Source: Octopus sinensis
Taxonomy: Eukaryota
Length of the DNA: 64,000 bases
Direction of reading: 5' to 3'
Assembly: GCF_006345805.1 (NCBI RefSeq)
Contig: NC_043018.1
Span: forward strand, 14,570,001 to 14,634,000
The position numbers were made by a program, and so were the translations under genes. The notes below the pieces were generated by a model, which saw only the letters and a list, made by a program, of their open reading frames with translations, made no database searches and was not told the DNA's origin. Positions within the stretch are counted from its first letter, which is position 1; the number at the start of each line of letters is the position of its first letter. Shown piece after piece: positions 11,375-22,626 of this stretch.

Positions 11375-11774
11375 TCTTTATATATAAAAGTGAAGTTGTG
11401 TGAGTGTCTGTCTCCTACGATTTAGATTCCTAACTACTCCCACATTTTGCGGTGCAGTGTAACCAAAACCGGGTATCTTATAGTCGTGATTCATATCGAG
11501 CCCTTCTGGGTATTAGCGCGCGTCTACGATGAGTCTACGATTTAAAAAAAAAATTACCATCATTTTTTTCCATTTTAATGCATTTTTTCGCTATTGTATA
11601 AGGGAAGTAACTCTCTAAAAATGTCTACGATGAGTCAACGATTTAAAAAAAATTTACCATAATTTTTTTTCCGTTTTTAATGCATTTTTTGCTACTTTTT
11701 GGCTATAACTCTCTAACAATGCTTATATAGTTATTTCCCTTACAAACCCGAGCAACGCCGGGCGATACTGCTAG
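11375..11774 (+). mobile_element. Non-autonomous Helitron
   Basis: 5' TC(TTTATATATAAAAG), 3' hairpin CCCG-AGCAACGC-CGGG then CTAG, inserted between A and T; internal ~110-bp tandem duplication. Confidence 0.8.
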
Positions 11775-11869
11775 TAATTAATAAATTTACTGATATGGAA
11801 AATCTAACTTTTACGATAATATAATACTTGTTAAGTAAGATTTAATAAACTGTGTTGGGACATGGAGTT

Positions 11870-12446
11870 TGTAACCGTAGTAGTAATTAGCATGTGATTT
11901 AATTTTCTGGTTTTGTGCTTTTGCCCTTTTGTGTACCTATGGGGCAGAATTTACTTAGGAACGTGTACACATTTACTTGTTCGTCCATCATTACGATCAC
12001 CTGGAATTTTACTGGTCATCAAGGATGTAAGATTTAGCATTATTTTTTTTAGTTAATTCCACTCGACTGCACCGCTTGTACTAGTTATCTCCCCTTAACT
12101 ATAAAAGAAAATTACAGCAGTTTGGTAGTATTTTATCTATTTATTTTATTCTTATTTACGTTATGTTGAGAAGTTGCAGAAGGCCATAAGCGGCCTCGTG
12201 CCACTTATATCGCAATCTTCTCCCCCGCACCCTTTATTTACTAGTTCGTTTTCTTTTTTATTTACATATCCCCTGTAACGGTCTTAACTTTTGCCCTTGC
12301 TTTAAATATAATTGACCAATTGTGGAGGTGGATAGACTTTGGTCAATTCCATTGCGGACAACAGGTGGTGGTGGTCTCTACACCGTTATAAGAACCCTGC
12401 AGCTTTGTTTTTGAATAAATATTAACCAGCCCTATTTACGATAACA
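11870..12446 (+). mobile_element. Possible solo LTR
   Basis: TGTAAC...ATAACA termini and AATAAA ~30 bp before the end; no TSD. Confidence 0.3.
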
Positions 12447-12894
12447 TAAGTACTATTCTCTTTCTAGACATATTGGTAATTCTTGTCTTATCTTAGTACT
12501 AACTTCATTTCACTACTTTTCAAACATCCTGGTTCCCCCTTTATATAGAAATAACCCGTAAATATTTCTCTAGACCACTGCTAGTTCACTCTTTTGCCTA
12601 TTGACTTCAAAGCGCCACGCTGTAGGATGGTAAGATTTTAATATATTGAGCCTTCTGGCCCCTTCTCGATGCCCTGTTCTTTCCTATTCCATCTTCCCTC
12701 CGTTTATTTTATTTTATTCACTCTGATAAAGCTCCATCTACTAGATCGAATGTGCTATGAAGATGACAAATATTATTTTCGGAATTTCTTTCGTAAGCAC
12801 CGACTAACATTGGAAGCGGAAACGGCCGTAAGAAATGTTATGTCATGTTTTGTATTAGAAAATAATCTACCATCGTTTACGGAATGAGGATAAC

Positions 12895-13265
12895 AACATA
12901 ACTTAGATAACTTAGATATGTTTCGACCAAAGATTGGTCCAGACCATGTCTAACTTAATAGCACCACCTGATAGGATTATTCGAATCCTGTTTAAGTCAA
13001 GTTTTGTTCAAGTTGTGAGTTCTTGTTGGGTGAGTTGTATCAAGTTTTGTTCAAGTAGTGAGTTCTTGTTGGGTGAGTTGTGTCCAATTATGGTGGCTTA
13101 TCTGGTATTCTTTGAAGGAATCTATCCAGACTCCGTTTAAAGTTGATGGGATCCTTTTCCTCTTTGATCTCCCTCGAGACATAGCTTTCACGCCCGTGCA
13201 ACCGCCAGTCTATCGCGTGTGGTGGGTGGATCTTCAAATTGCCACATGCATTCTTAGTAGCTTAG
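12895..13265 (-). mobile_element. CR1-group LINE 3' end
   Basis: ..IKEEKDPINFKRSLDRFLQRIPDKPP*, then a 3' UTR stem-loop and a (TTATCTAAG)n tail. Confidence 0.7.
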
Positions 13266-13574
13266 AGTAGGCTCGAATTAGAGATTTATTCTTTGTGGCT
13301 AATGATTTGATTCCTGATTAGAAGAAGAAGACAACAACAACAATAATAACGACTATCATTATTATTATAAAGCACAAAAGGCCTTGTGAAATACAACTAC
13401 CCAGGGCTTTCAGACTGAAATATTAAATTTATTTCGTCATTTATCGAACAAGTGAAATCAACAAGACAATTTAGAAACTGCGCTCGATGTAATCGATATT
13501 TAAATGGGAAGCTTTTGTTGTTTGTATTATATCTTTACTCTCTGATGAAATGCTGTACTACTTTAAACTTCACA

Positions 13575-13747
13575 CTACACACACACACACACATACACAC
13601 ACACATACTCGCACACACACACACATACACACACACGCACACACACACATACACACATACATACACGCACACACACATACACGCACACACACACACACAC
13701 ACACACATACACGCACGCACACACACACACATACACACACTTACACG

Positions 13748-13806
<59 letters not shown>

Positions 13807-13812
13807 GCACAC
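13575..13812. repeat. (CA)n compound microsatellite
   Basis: Direct reading. Confidence 0.95.
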
Positions 13813-13949
13813 ATTCAGCTGAGTCAAAAGGTTTTGTTTTTGTATTTCAAGGTTCGATTAAAAGTTCAAATTACATATAGGAAAAGTGTTTAATTATCAG
13901 AATGTATCCCGTCGTATTCCATTGTCTGTTGCTATCGTTGTGTCAGAAG

Positions 13950-14245
13950 CTTAATTCCGCGCTTATACCATTTGGCTGCTTTAGAGGCACTTCGCCCACC
14001 ACTGCGCCCATTTTCCACCTCAGCCACATTGTCGAACCCCTGTGCGTGCAACAGATCAGCCATGGCTTGGAGAAGGTGGTATCTGATGGTGCGATGTCTG
14101 CACATTGGTGACGTGAACGGGGGAGGATGGTATGCACGGGCGACTGCTGGTCTTCCATAAACAACCTTGCCCGGACTTGTCTTTGGGAGGGGAACTTTCT
14201 AGGTGCAATCCCATGGTCATTCATGACCGAAGGGGGTCTTTATCC
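13950..14245 (+). mobile_element. Unclassified interspersed repeat family F
   Basis: GGGCGACTGCTGGTCTTCCATAAACAACCTTGCCC...TTTCTAGGTGCAATCCCATGGTCATTCATGACC; second copy inverted at 15255-15400. Confidence 0.65.
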
Positions 14246-14375
14246 TGACATGGAGATACAATTTGCCAAAGATCTTTTGTGAAAACACGAAAAACCTTTT
14301 GACTCAATCCCATTTGCACAGAGGCACGCACACACAAACACACACACACACACGAATGCATGTATATGTGAGTGT

Positions 14376-14424
<49 letters not shown>

Positions 14425-14530
14425 TGTGTGTGTGTGTGTGTAAGCCGAGATTATTGTCAGCTGGAAGATATTTCAATGAAGATACGAAAGCTCCTGATTT
14501 TATTTGGCGTTATTTTCATTTAATCCACCA

Positions 14531-14575
<45 letters not shown>

Positions 14576-14669
14576 TGTGTGTGCGTACGTGCGCGTGTGT
14601 TTGGAAAGAGATAGCTAGAGAGAGAGTGAGAAAATGCGTGAGTGTATGTAAGTATCGATGTGAGAGACT

Positions 14670-14735
<66 letters not shown>

Positions 14736-15254
14736 TGTACGTAAGTTTGTGAGAGAGAGAGAGAGAGAGTTTGAGCATTTGAGCGCATATGTAGGAAGCG
14801 GGGGGAGAGAGTGGGGTATCGAAGTGTCGGTGTGGGTGGTTATGGTTGTCTCGAGTGTTTGGATGTATGTTGAGGTAGAGAGAGTGCGTGCATGCGAAAA
14901 TATATGTGCGTTCATATGGGAGAGTGCATGTGTGTATGTAAGAGAGAGAGAGGGGAAAGAAAGAGAGAGTGAGTGAGAAAGAGGGAGAGAGAGTGTAAGT
15001 GAGTGTAGATATCCGTGTTGTCACATCTTGAACTCTCTCCACTTATCTCTCTGTCTCTTCTTACTTGGCATATCACGAGAAGCGTGACAAATTACAAGCC
15101 ATACTAGAAGTGTCTCCCTCAAAGACAGAGATAGATATATAGCACCATTGCTGACTATAATTCTATGGACCAAAGCCGGTAGCTCTATGGGATCGCTCAA
15201 CCTGATAGAAATAGCAACCAAATTTCCCTAAAACCATCCTTTACTGCCTGTAAA

Positions 15255-15400
15255 TAGGGTAAAGACCACCACCCACTTTTGGTCATGAATGACCATGGAT
15301 TGCACCTAGAAAGTACTCTCCAAGACACAATTCCGGGGCAAAGTTGTTTGTGAAAGACCAGTAGTCACCCATGCATCTCCATGTCAAACGTTATGGCCTC
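15255..15400 (-). mobile_element. Repeat family F, inverted copy
   Basis: GGTCATGAATGACCATGGATTGCACCTAGAAAG...GACCAGTAGTCACCCATGCAT. Confidence 0.65.
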
Positions 15401-15419
15401 CACAGCAATCTGCGGAGGC

Positions 15420-17120
15420 CATTCGGGGTCCTGTGTGAAGGCTAAAGGTGCTCCCTTATGGTGCTTTTCCACCGCCTTTTCAATCTCTCCGCCTCTATAG
15501 AAGAAGATCAATACTTCGTCTTCCTCCGGGGGCGGGATATCCTATTCTTCCGTTGGCGGCACAGTTCCCGCCAACGGTGTTTCTTCTCCTGCCGGTGGCA
15601 CAACCCCAACCGACGTAGTTCCGGGACATTCTGGTACTATGTCACCGACTGCCGGCAATGTCCCGTTTCTCTTCCCTTCTTCTTTTTTTTCTTCCCAACT
15701 GAGGGAGGGTGCGTCTCCTCCGTGACCGGGAGATTCGCCTTACCCTCCTCATCCCTAGGATCCTTCGGTGAGCACCCATTGTTGCTCACCTTCTTCCTCT
15801 TTCGGCCCCTGTTTGAGGAGTCCTCTGCTTCCTCGGTCGCCTTCATTCCCTCTTCTACAGAGGTCTCACTCAACTGCTACGGGACCTTATTTTGTTCCCG
15901 GGGACAGTTTTTCTTTATATGGCCGGACTCCAGGCACCGATGACACCGGGGGTGGGGGCGACCCTCAAGTATCACCGAGTACCTGCACCCGGCCATTTTC
16001 AAAAAATCTGGAAAAACCAGATTGGCTGATTGGGTCCAAAGGGTCAAAACAGCTTTTGACCCAACCCAATTAGCCGCAGGAAGAACTTTCACATTAAGAA
16101 GCTTGGTCCCGCTGCCACCTAGACCCCGGCGGATAGTCTCCCCTATCCACTCGGGTTTTATCCCGGGTGGCAAGCCGCAGACCCAAAGCTTTCGTCAACC
16201 TCCTCCCACAATACGTGGAAAGAAACAAAATTTCCTCACCCTCTAAGGGTTGACTAGCAAATTTGTGAACCATTTCAGGGGTATCAGATTTCCAGGGGTG
16301 TCAGATATACAACGGTGTGGTTGCTATTAGCAACCACACCGTTGCATATCTGACACCCCTGGAAATGAATTTAGTTGTTGGCAAATACTCTGCCAACTCC
16401 TTTTCAATTGCCGTCTTTTCGAATAGGGTGACGATGTCGAGTGACTTGGAGTAGGTCCTCAACACCACCGTCCTATCTTCACGGTCTTTCAACCACTTTT
16501 TGGGCGGTATAATCTCCCACTCCAAAACTTTGTCTTTTTTCGTTGCCATGGTTCCTTTTTTTTTTTTTTTGAAAATATGTTCAAAATAAAACCTAAAAAG
16601 TGAGAAGAAAAAAGAAATCAAAAGAAATTCGCAATAAACAAAAAGGAGAAAGTCAAATAAAGTTTAGAAGAAAGAAAGTCAATAGTTCAGAAACACAGCA
16701 AAAAAAAAAATCTTCCGGCCATTCGGTACTCCCGGCCTAGGTTGAACCCGGAACGCCACAACTGGAACACAACTTCCACAAAAATTGATATACAAATTGT
16801 TTTATCTTCGGAGGCAAAGACACTCCCCCAAACAGCAGTTCTCACAATTATTTAAAGTTCTTCAAAAGGCACAATACAAGCAATAATTCTCATAATTAAG
16901 TGAGAAAAATATTCACTCAACATAAACCGAAGACGAATACGCCCCCAAACAAAAATTCTCACAATTCAGCGAGAAAAAAATATTTGCTCCATGTAGGCAG
17001 AATCATAATTCTGAATCCAGTAGGACTTCCTGCCTGTACAAAAACAATTCTCAACAAAAATTCCTACTGGACCCAAAAAACCAAATCTTACCTTACAATG
17101 GGGCTTCAAAAGCATGTCTC
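15420..17120 (-). mobile_element. LINE (L1/Tx1-like) 5' UTR plus ORF1, decayed, with no ORF2
   Basis: ATG at 16549 MATKKDKVLEW..DRTVVLRTY..; ..GLPPGIKPEW..; CX2CX4HX4C knuckle CHRCLESGHIKKNC; basic/acidic tail to ~15420; several frameshifts. The 5' boundary is approximate. Confidence 0.7.
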
Positions 17121-17808
17121 ACCGCTTTGGTGCCGAACACCATAATTATTCGCACAAGCGCAGTGGAAGCAAGCTTCGTACCATGCCTGTGCCTTTGTTC
17201 ATGTTTCCGCAACTTTCAGTGATGATCTTATGACATATTACATATTTACAACAAGGTGAGCTGAATCGTCCTTCGGCAAAATATCAGGGCATCGGACAGA
17301 ATCCCTTGCAGTATTTTCTCTCACTCCGTTTGCTTTATGCTTGAATGCCAACTTTGGCTTTCGTTTTAGGGCCGATAAATAATGTAACAACCCAGCATCG
17401 GGGTAGATTGTTCTTTTCCCTAGAACACCTTCACTATCATCGGACTCGGTGAGGGTTTGGTTTCACCAGTTTTAAAAGACCTACGATATACCGATTGTCA
17501 CGACAGTAGCTCTGAGATTCCATCAGCAGTTGAGGATCCACGAAAGAAGGAAAAAGGAACTAGATTATCTTGGAGTTACATATTTTACTGCCGATCATTA
17601 GACTCGAACCATCGACTGCTTGGATAATAGTCATTTTCATTCTCAATTGGTAAAACAGAATAGTAAAGATTTATTACTATTTTTTTTATAGTCGAGGCAA
17701 TCATATTTAGGGAAATGAAGTGCGGAGGAAATCTAATTAATTAAGATTTACGCACAAAAGAGAAAACTTATTAACATGAATAATTAATATAATGTAATCT
17801 TGACAAAC

Positions 17809-18127
17809 GTGGAGGCGCAATGGCCCAGTGATTAGGGCAGTGGACTCGCGGTCGTAGGATCGCGGTTTCGATTCCCAGACCGGGCATTGTGAGTGTTTAT
17901 TGAACGAAAACACCTAAAAGCTACACGAGGCTCCGGCAGGGGGTGGTGGCGACCCCTGTTGTACTCTTTCGCCCCAACTTTCTCTCACTCTCTCTTCCTG
18001 TTTCTTGAGTAACGCTGCGATGGACTGGCGTCTCGTCCAGCTGGGGGGAACATATACGCATAGAAACTGGGAAACTGGGCCCATGAACCTGGCTAGGCTT
18101 GAAAAGGGCGCATAAATAAATAAATAA
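17809..18127 (+). mobile_element. Chimeric SINE: family B head with family C 3' module
   Basis: B head to CTTCCTGTTTCT, then TGAGTAACGCTGCGATGGACTGG...AAAAGGGCGCA(TAAA)n; TSD AATCTT(G/C)ACAAAC at 17796 and 18128. Confidence 0.9.
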
Positions 18128-19116
18128 AATCTTCACAAACACGGTCGTCGACAGCTTCATTCATATTTCAGTGGTTTTAGCTCTCCTCGGCGAAGCATAA
18201 TCACCTCCATTCAATATAATAATCTGTGACGCCTATTCGTGTACATTATTAATATCATGATTCTCTCATAGATAATCTGGCTGATACTGAGATGTCTAAA
18301 TTTCGCTGATGAGGTCTAATACGATTAAAACACGATCATAGGTCTTGTCACTGATTTCCAGATTAGATCAATTAGTCATTGAACTACTGCTTTCTTCTCA
18401 CTTTTATAACTATTATCAATTAATTAGATTTTTCTCACTGCATTATGTTCGATCTCCTTAACTGGTTTTATTTCTTATGGATGGAACCCTCGATTAATCT
18501 TCTTCACTTAATACATTTTTATAGAGCTAACTCACGTGATGCCAGTGTAGAACTGATAAAATCAATACTGGAGAAATTCTCCTTCGGTTGCGTGACAAAC
18601 CAGAAAACAACTTGTATGATTCTTTGCTTTCTTCACTTTTTATACTGTTCTAACGACAACGATCTTTATATACAACAGTAAATGAATGCATTTTCCAAAT
18701 TGTTGGCCGCAGTTCCGCACTTAGAGAGTTGAAATTTTGCAAGAGGACACAGATTTTGAAGGAGAATGTTGGAGGTTGAGTGATTTCTGCTGCTATTTTC
18801 TATATTCTTACAAAAACTAACGATATTGTAATATTTCCAAAGACTACACACGGCCAAAAATTACTGTTTAGGAAAATAATTCATTTAGAGTAATTAGGTT
18901 AATTTACGCATATTTTCTCAGAAAATGAAATAAAAATGCAAGAGCAAAATTATATTTTAGGTTCTACATTTAAATATTTTCATATTTATTGCGTATTTTA
19001 TGAAGCTTAATCTGATCGTGTTTTGAAATGCTTGAATGCAACAATTCTTCGTGAATCAACAGCTCCGATGCAAAGAGGCTACCAGCATCTTTTTCAAACA
19101 ATTTATTAAATACGTA

Positions 19117-19347
19117 TACTCTTTTACTCTTTTACTTGTTTCAGTCATGTGACTGTGGCCATGCTGGAGCATCGCCTTTAGTCCAGCAAATCGACCTCAG
19201 GTTTTATTCTTTGTGAGCCTAGTACTTACTCTATCAGTCTCTTTCGGTCTCTTTTGCCAAACCGCTAAGTTACGGGGACGTAAACACACCATCATCGGTT
19301 GTCAAGCGATGTGGGGGGGGGGAACAAACACAGACACACAAACATAT

Positions 19348-19398
<51 letters not shown>

Positions 19399-19558
19399 TG
19401 CGACGGGCTTCTTTTCAGTTTCCGTCTACCAAATCCACTCACAAGGCTTTGGTCGGAGGGAGGCTATAGTAGAAAACACTTTCCCAAGGTGCAACGCAGT
19501 GGGACTGAACCCAGAACCATGTGGTTGGTAAGCAAGCTACTTACCACACAGTCACTCC
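19117..19558 (-). mobile_element. SINE A, full length
   Basis: Head, body, (TA)n and tail all present. Confidence 0.92.
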
Positions 19559-19917
19559 CACGCTTACGTATGATTACATTTACTTCAGTCCACCCTTTAA
19601 CCCCACCCAAGTTATCTTCTTCCTAGCTACTCCTACCTACCCTTATAAAAATGCATCGTAACCACGTATCTTCTCTACAGTAAGACACCTAGACCATCAC
19701 CTAATCACCCTTACCTGTCTTGTTGCTTAACAACAACAACAACAACAACAGCAACACCAACAACAACAGCAACGACGACGCCGACGCTGACGACGACGGA
19801 AACAGATTGATCTATCCAAAACATTGAAGAACTGGAAAACGAAACGTCATCGAAGACCTCATCTGAAGAATCTGATGCCGAAACAGTGGATGTTTGGAAT
19901 GGAGTAGATAAAGTTGT

Positions 19918-19923
19918 AATAAC

Positions 19924-19988
<65 letters not shown>

Positions 19989-20036
19989 TAATAATAATAA
20001 TAATAATGACAATAATAATTAATAATAATAATAATA
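19918..20036. repeat. (AAT)n microsatellite
   Basis: Direct reading. Confidence 0.95.
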
Positions 20037-20527
20037 AAAACCAATAAATTAAACCTAACTGTGGTTATTTTAAATTAATGAATTAAACAGCAGTGTCAAA
20101 TTTGTTGATTGGACTGAAAGACGCTGACAGGATTATACCAAAAGACTTTACCATTTTCGGAGAGAAAAAAAAAACCCATATCGTGACTTGGTAAATTTTA
20201 ATTATAACTTAATTGGTAATGATTAACGAACTATATTCTTTTGCGGGTATTGTAAACAATTAACCTTTCAAGAGTTAACGGTGTCAGAATAATTTGTGAG
20301 ACTGGTGTGCGTGTGTGAAAGGAAGAGAGGGAGGGCACGAGAGAGGAAGAAAGAGAGAGAGGGAGAGAGAGAGAGTGAGAGAGAGAGAGTGAGAGAGAGA
20401 GAGGAGTGGTGGAAACTATGCAATTATATTAGTAATCGGAATACGCAGTTTTCGTCACGATACACAGAAAAACCGAAGAGATAAAATCGAGAAGATGATA
20501 TGGAAGGGAAAATGTCGAATGGGTGGT

Positions 20528-20917
20528 GGTGGAAGCACTCCGTCGGTTACGACGATGAGGGTTCCGGTTGATCCGAATCAACGGAACAGCCTGCTCGTGA
20601 AATTAACGTAAGTGGCTGAGCATTCCTGAGCACTCCACAGACACGTGTACCCTTAACGTAGTTCTCGGGGATATTCAGCGTGACACAGAGAGTGACAAGG
20701 CCGGCCCTTGAAATACAGGTACAACAGAAACAGGAAGTAAGAGTGGAGAAAGTTGTGGCGAAAGAGTACAGAAGGGATCACCACCATCCTTGCCGGAGCC
20801 TCGTGGAGCTTTAGGTGTTTTCGCTCAATAAACACTCACAACGCCCGGTCTGGGAATCGAAACCGCGATCCTATGACCGCGAGTCCGCTGCCCTAACCAC
20901 TGGGCCATTGCGCCTCC
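20528..20917 (-). mobile_element. SINE family B, full length
   Basis: GGAGGCGCAATGGCCCAGTGG (A box)...GGTTTCGATTCC (B box); TSD CGAATGGGTGGT at 20516 and 20918. Confidence 0.93.
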
Positions 20918-22059
20918 CGAATGGGTGGTATAGTTAAGTCTACACGGGATATAAATCTGATGTATAAAGACCAGATTAAATAGTTTAATTCTTCGTCCTT
21001 GAACTATTGACAGTTATTGGAAACAAAAATGGAATTATTGGATTTGGAAACGCGAAAACACACAAACAGAACAAAAATGATAATATTAACCTGAGACGCT
21101 CTTCCTTGAGGTCAGACCGTCTTCCAGCAAACTACTTCTTATGTCATACGTATACAGAATCAAACAATGATTGCTTCAATGTCTTTTTGATTTTTTCATG
21201 CCGGGAGAATGGTTCAAATTTCTCTGTTCTCATATTTTAGGATTCTCTAAAAGAACTTGTGTGTGTTTGTGTACTTGTGTGGTTCGTTCATTTATTATTA
21301 CTTTCGGTCTTTCCATGTTAGCATGAGTTAGACAAATATATTACTGAGACATTGCTTTGCGGCCGGATACTGTTCCTGTCCCCAACCTTCACCTGCTTTT
21401 CAAAAAAGGAGATCTCTTATCTCACGCACCTTCGAAAGCGAAAAACAAGCGGATGCTTTTTTTTTTTGACATGAGAAATGACATCACCGTTTTGTTGCTC
21501 GCGATATTCAGAAAAGCGAACGGGTAAGCAAACAAACAGTCAAACATACACTAAGTACATTATACAGTCCACCATTTACATACATAGATTTACTCACACA
21601 CACACACAGAGGCGCGCATGCGCTCAGTTTAACTGAATGACAAGAGAATGGTAATTACGCAATCAACATTATTAGCTTACGGTTGTTTCTGCTACAAGAA
21701 ACGGTGCACGCAGAGTTGAGTGCACTTTCATCTGTCTTTACGTTCTCAGTTAGAATTTCGCATTTATTATCCCCCCCCCACACACACGCACGCACGCAAC
21801 AAATCAGTATCATATTAAAGTAGCTCTCTGTGTATTATATTCAATGCAGAAACATCGCGGAAAGTAAATTAACTGCGGCCTTCGTCCGGAGAAAATTCCT
21901 CTTGTGGATGTGATGAGTCTAAAAGCAAAAGTATTTCAAGCGCAGACGTGCAAAATCGTGCGACGGCAGCGCCAAGAATGCTAGTTGTGTGTCTCTTGTC
22001 TTTATTGGACTTTGTCAGTAGCACGTAGCCACTGTTGACCGCATACTTAGAAAAATCCG

Positions 22060-22435
22060 TCGCTAAGGTGAATGGTGATATGAATGGGTGATAGATAAGG
22101 GGTAAAGAGATATGCCACCCGGGTGAGCGGACTCAGATTTAAAGGCAGAAGTACGGCTCACGACACGGACGCAGGAGAGGGCGGTTTGAATAAGGATGGG
22201 TGGGCAGTTGCGACGAATGAATAGTCTGACCATGTGTTGAGCTTGTACCTCCGTCATAGTTGTGGCTACAGAGGCGGCGAGGGCGGATGAAGTGTGAGTC
22301 GGGATGATATACTTGGTGTGAGTGGGAGGGAGGAGAATTAAGGTAGGAGTGAAGGTCGGTGGGTTTTAAAAGAGATCGGAGATGAATAGGGCGAGGTTTG
22401 TATGGTCAACAGAGACAGCAATGTCAAGGAATACA
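22060..22435 (-). mobile_element. Penelope-like element, RT C-terminal/thumb relic
   Basis: FLDIAVSV..KPTDLHSYLN..SH..FIRPRRLCS..Q..M..LF.RR..PP.LIQTAL across frameshifts. Confidence 0.75.
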
Positions 22436-22626
22436 CTGTCATACACAGGAGAACATAAGAACATAATTATACGCGAACTTACACAAAAGGACATTATTAC
22501 ATACAACAGAACATTATCATACGTAATCTAAAACAATAGAACCTTATGGCACATAACAGAACCGAATTATGCACCAACTTACAAAGCAGAATATCATCAC
22601 ATACAACAGAGCATTATCATACACTA

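Noticed and set aside
12915-12950. GACCAA-TCT-TTGGTC-GAAAC on the minus strand as a hammerhead
   Set aside because: No CUGANGA half; better explained as the CR1 3' UTR stem-loop.
17809-17885. tRNA genes at SINE 5' ends
   Set aside because: A and B boxes are present, but each runs into a SINE body with a tail and TSD, and I could not see a convincing cloverleaf.
19860-19895. CTGAAGA...CCGAAAC motif
   Set aside because: No stem II and no NUH triplet (GUG).
21600-22060. Promoter-like CpG-richer patch with GCGCATGCGC (NRF1-like) motif; a similar motif lies at ~41423
   Set aside because: Isolated short motifs with no associated first exon; not supportable from sequence alone.
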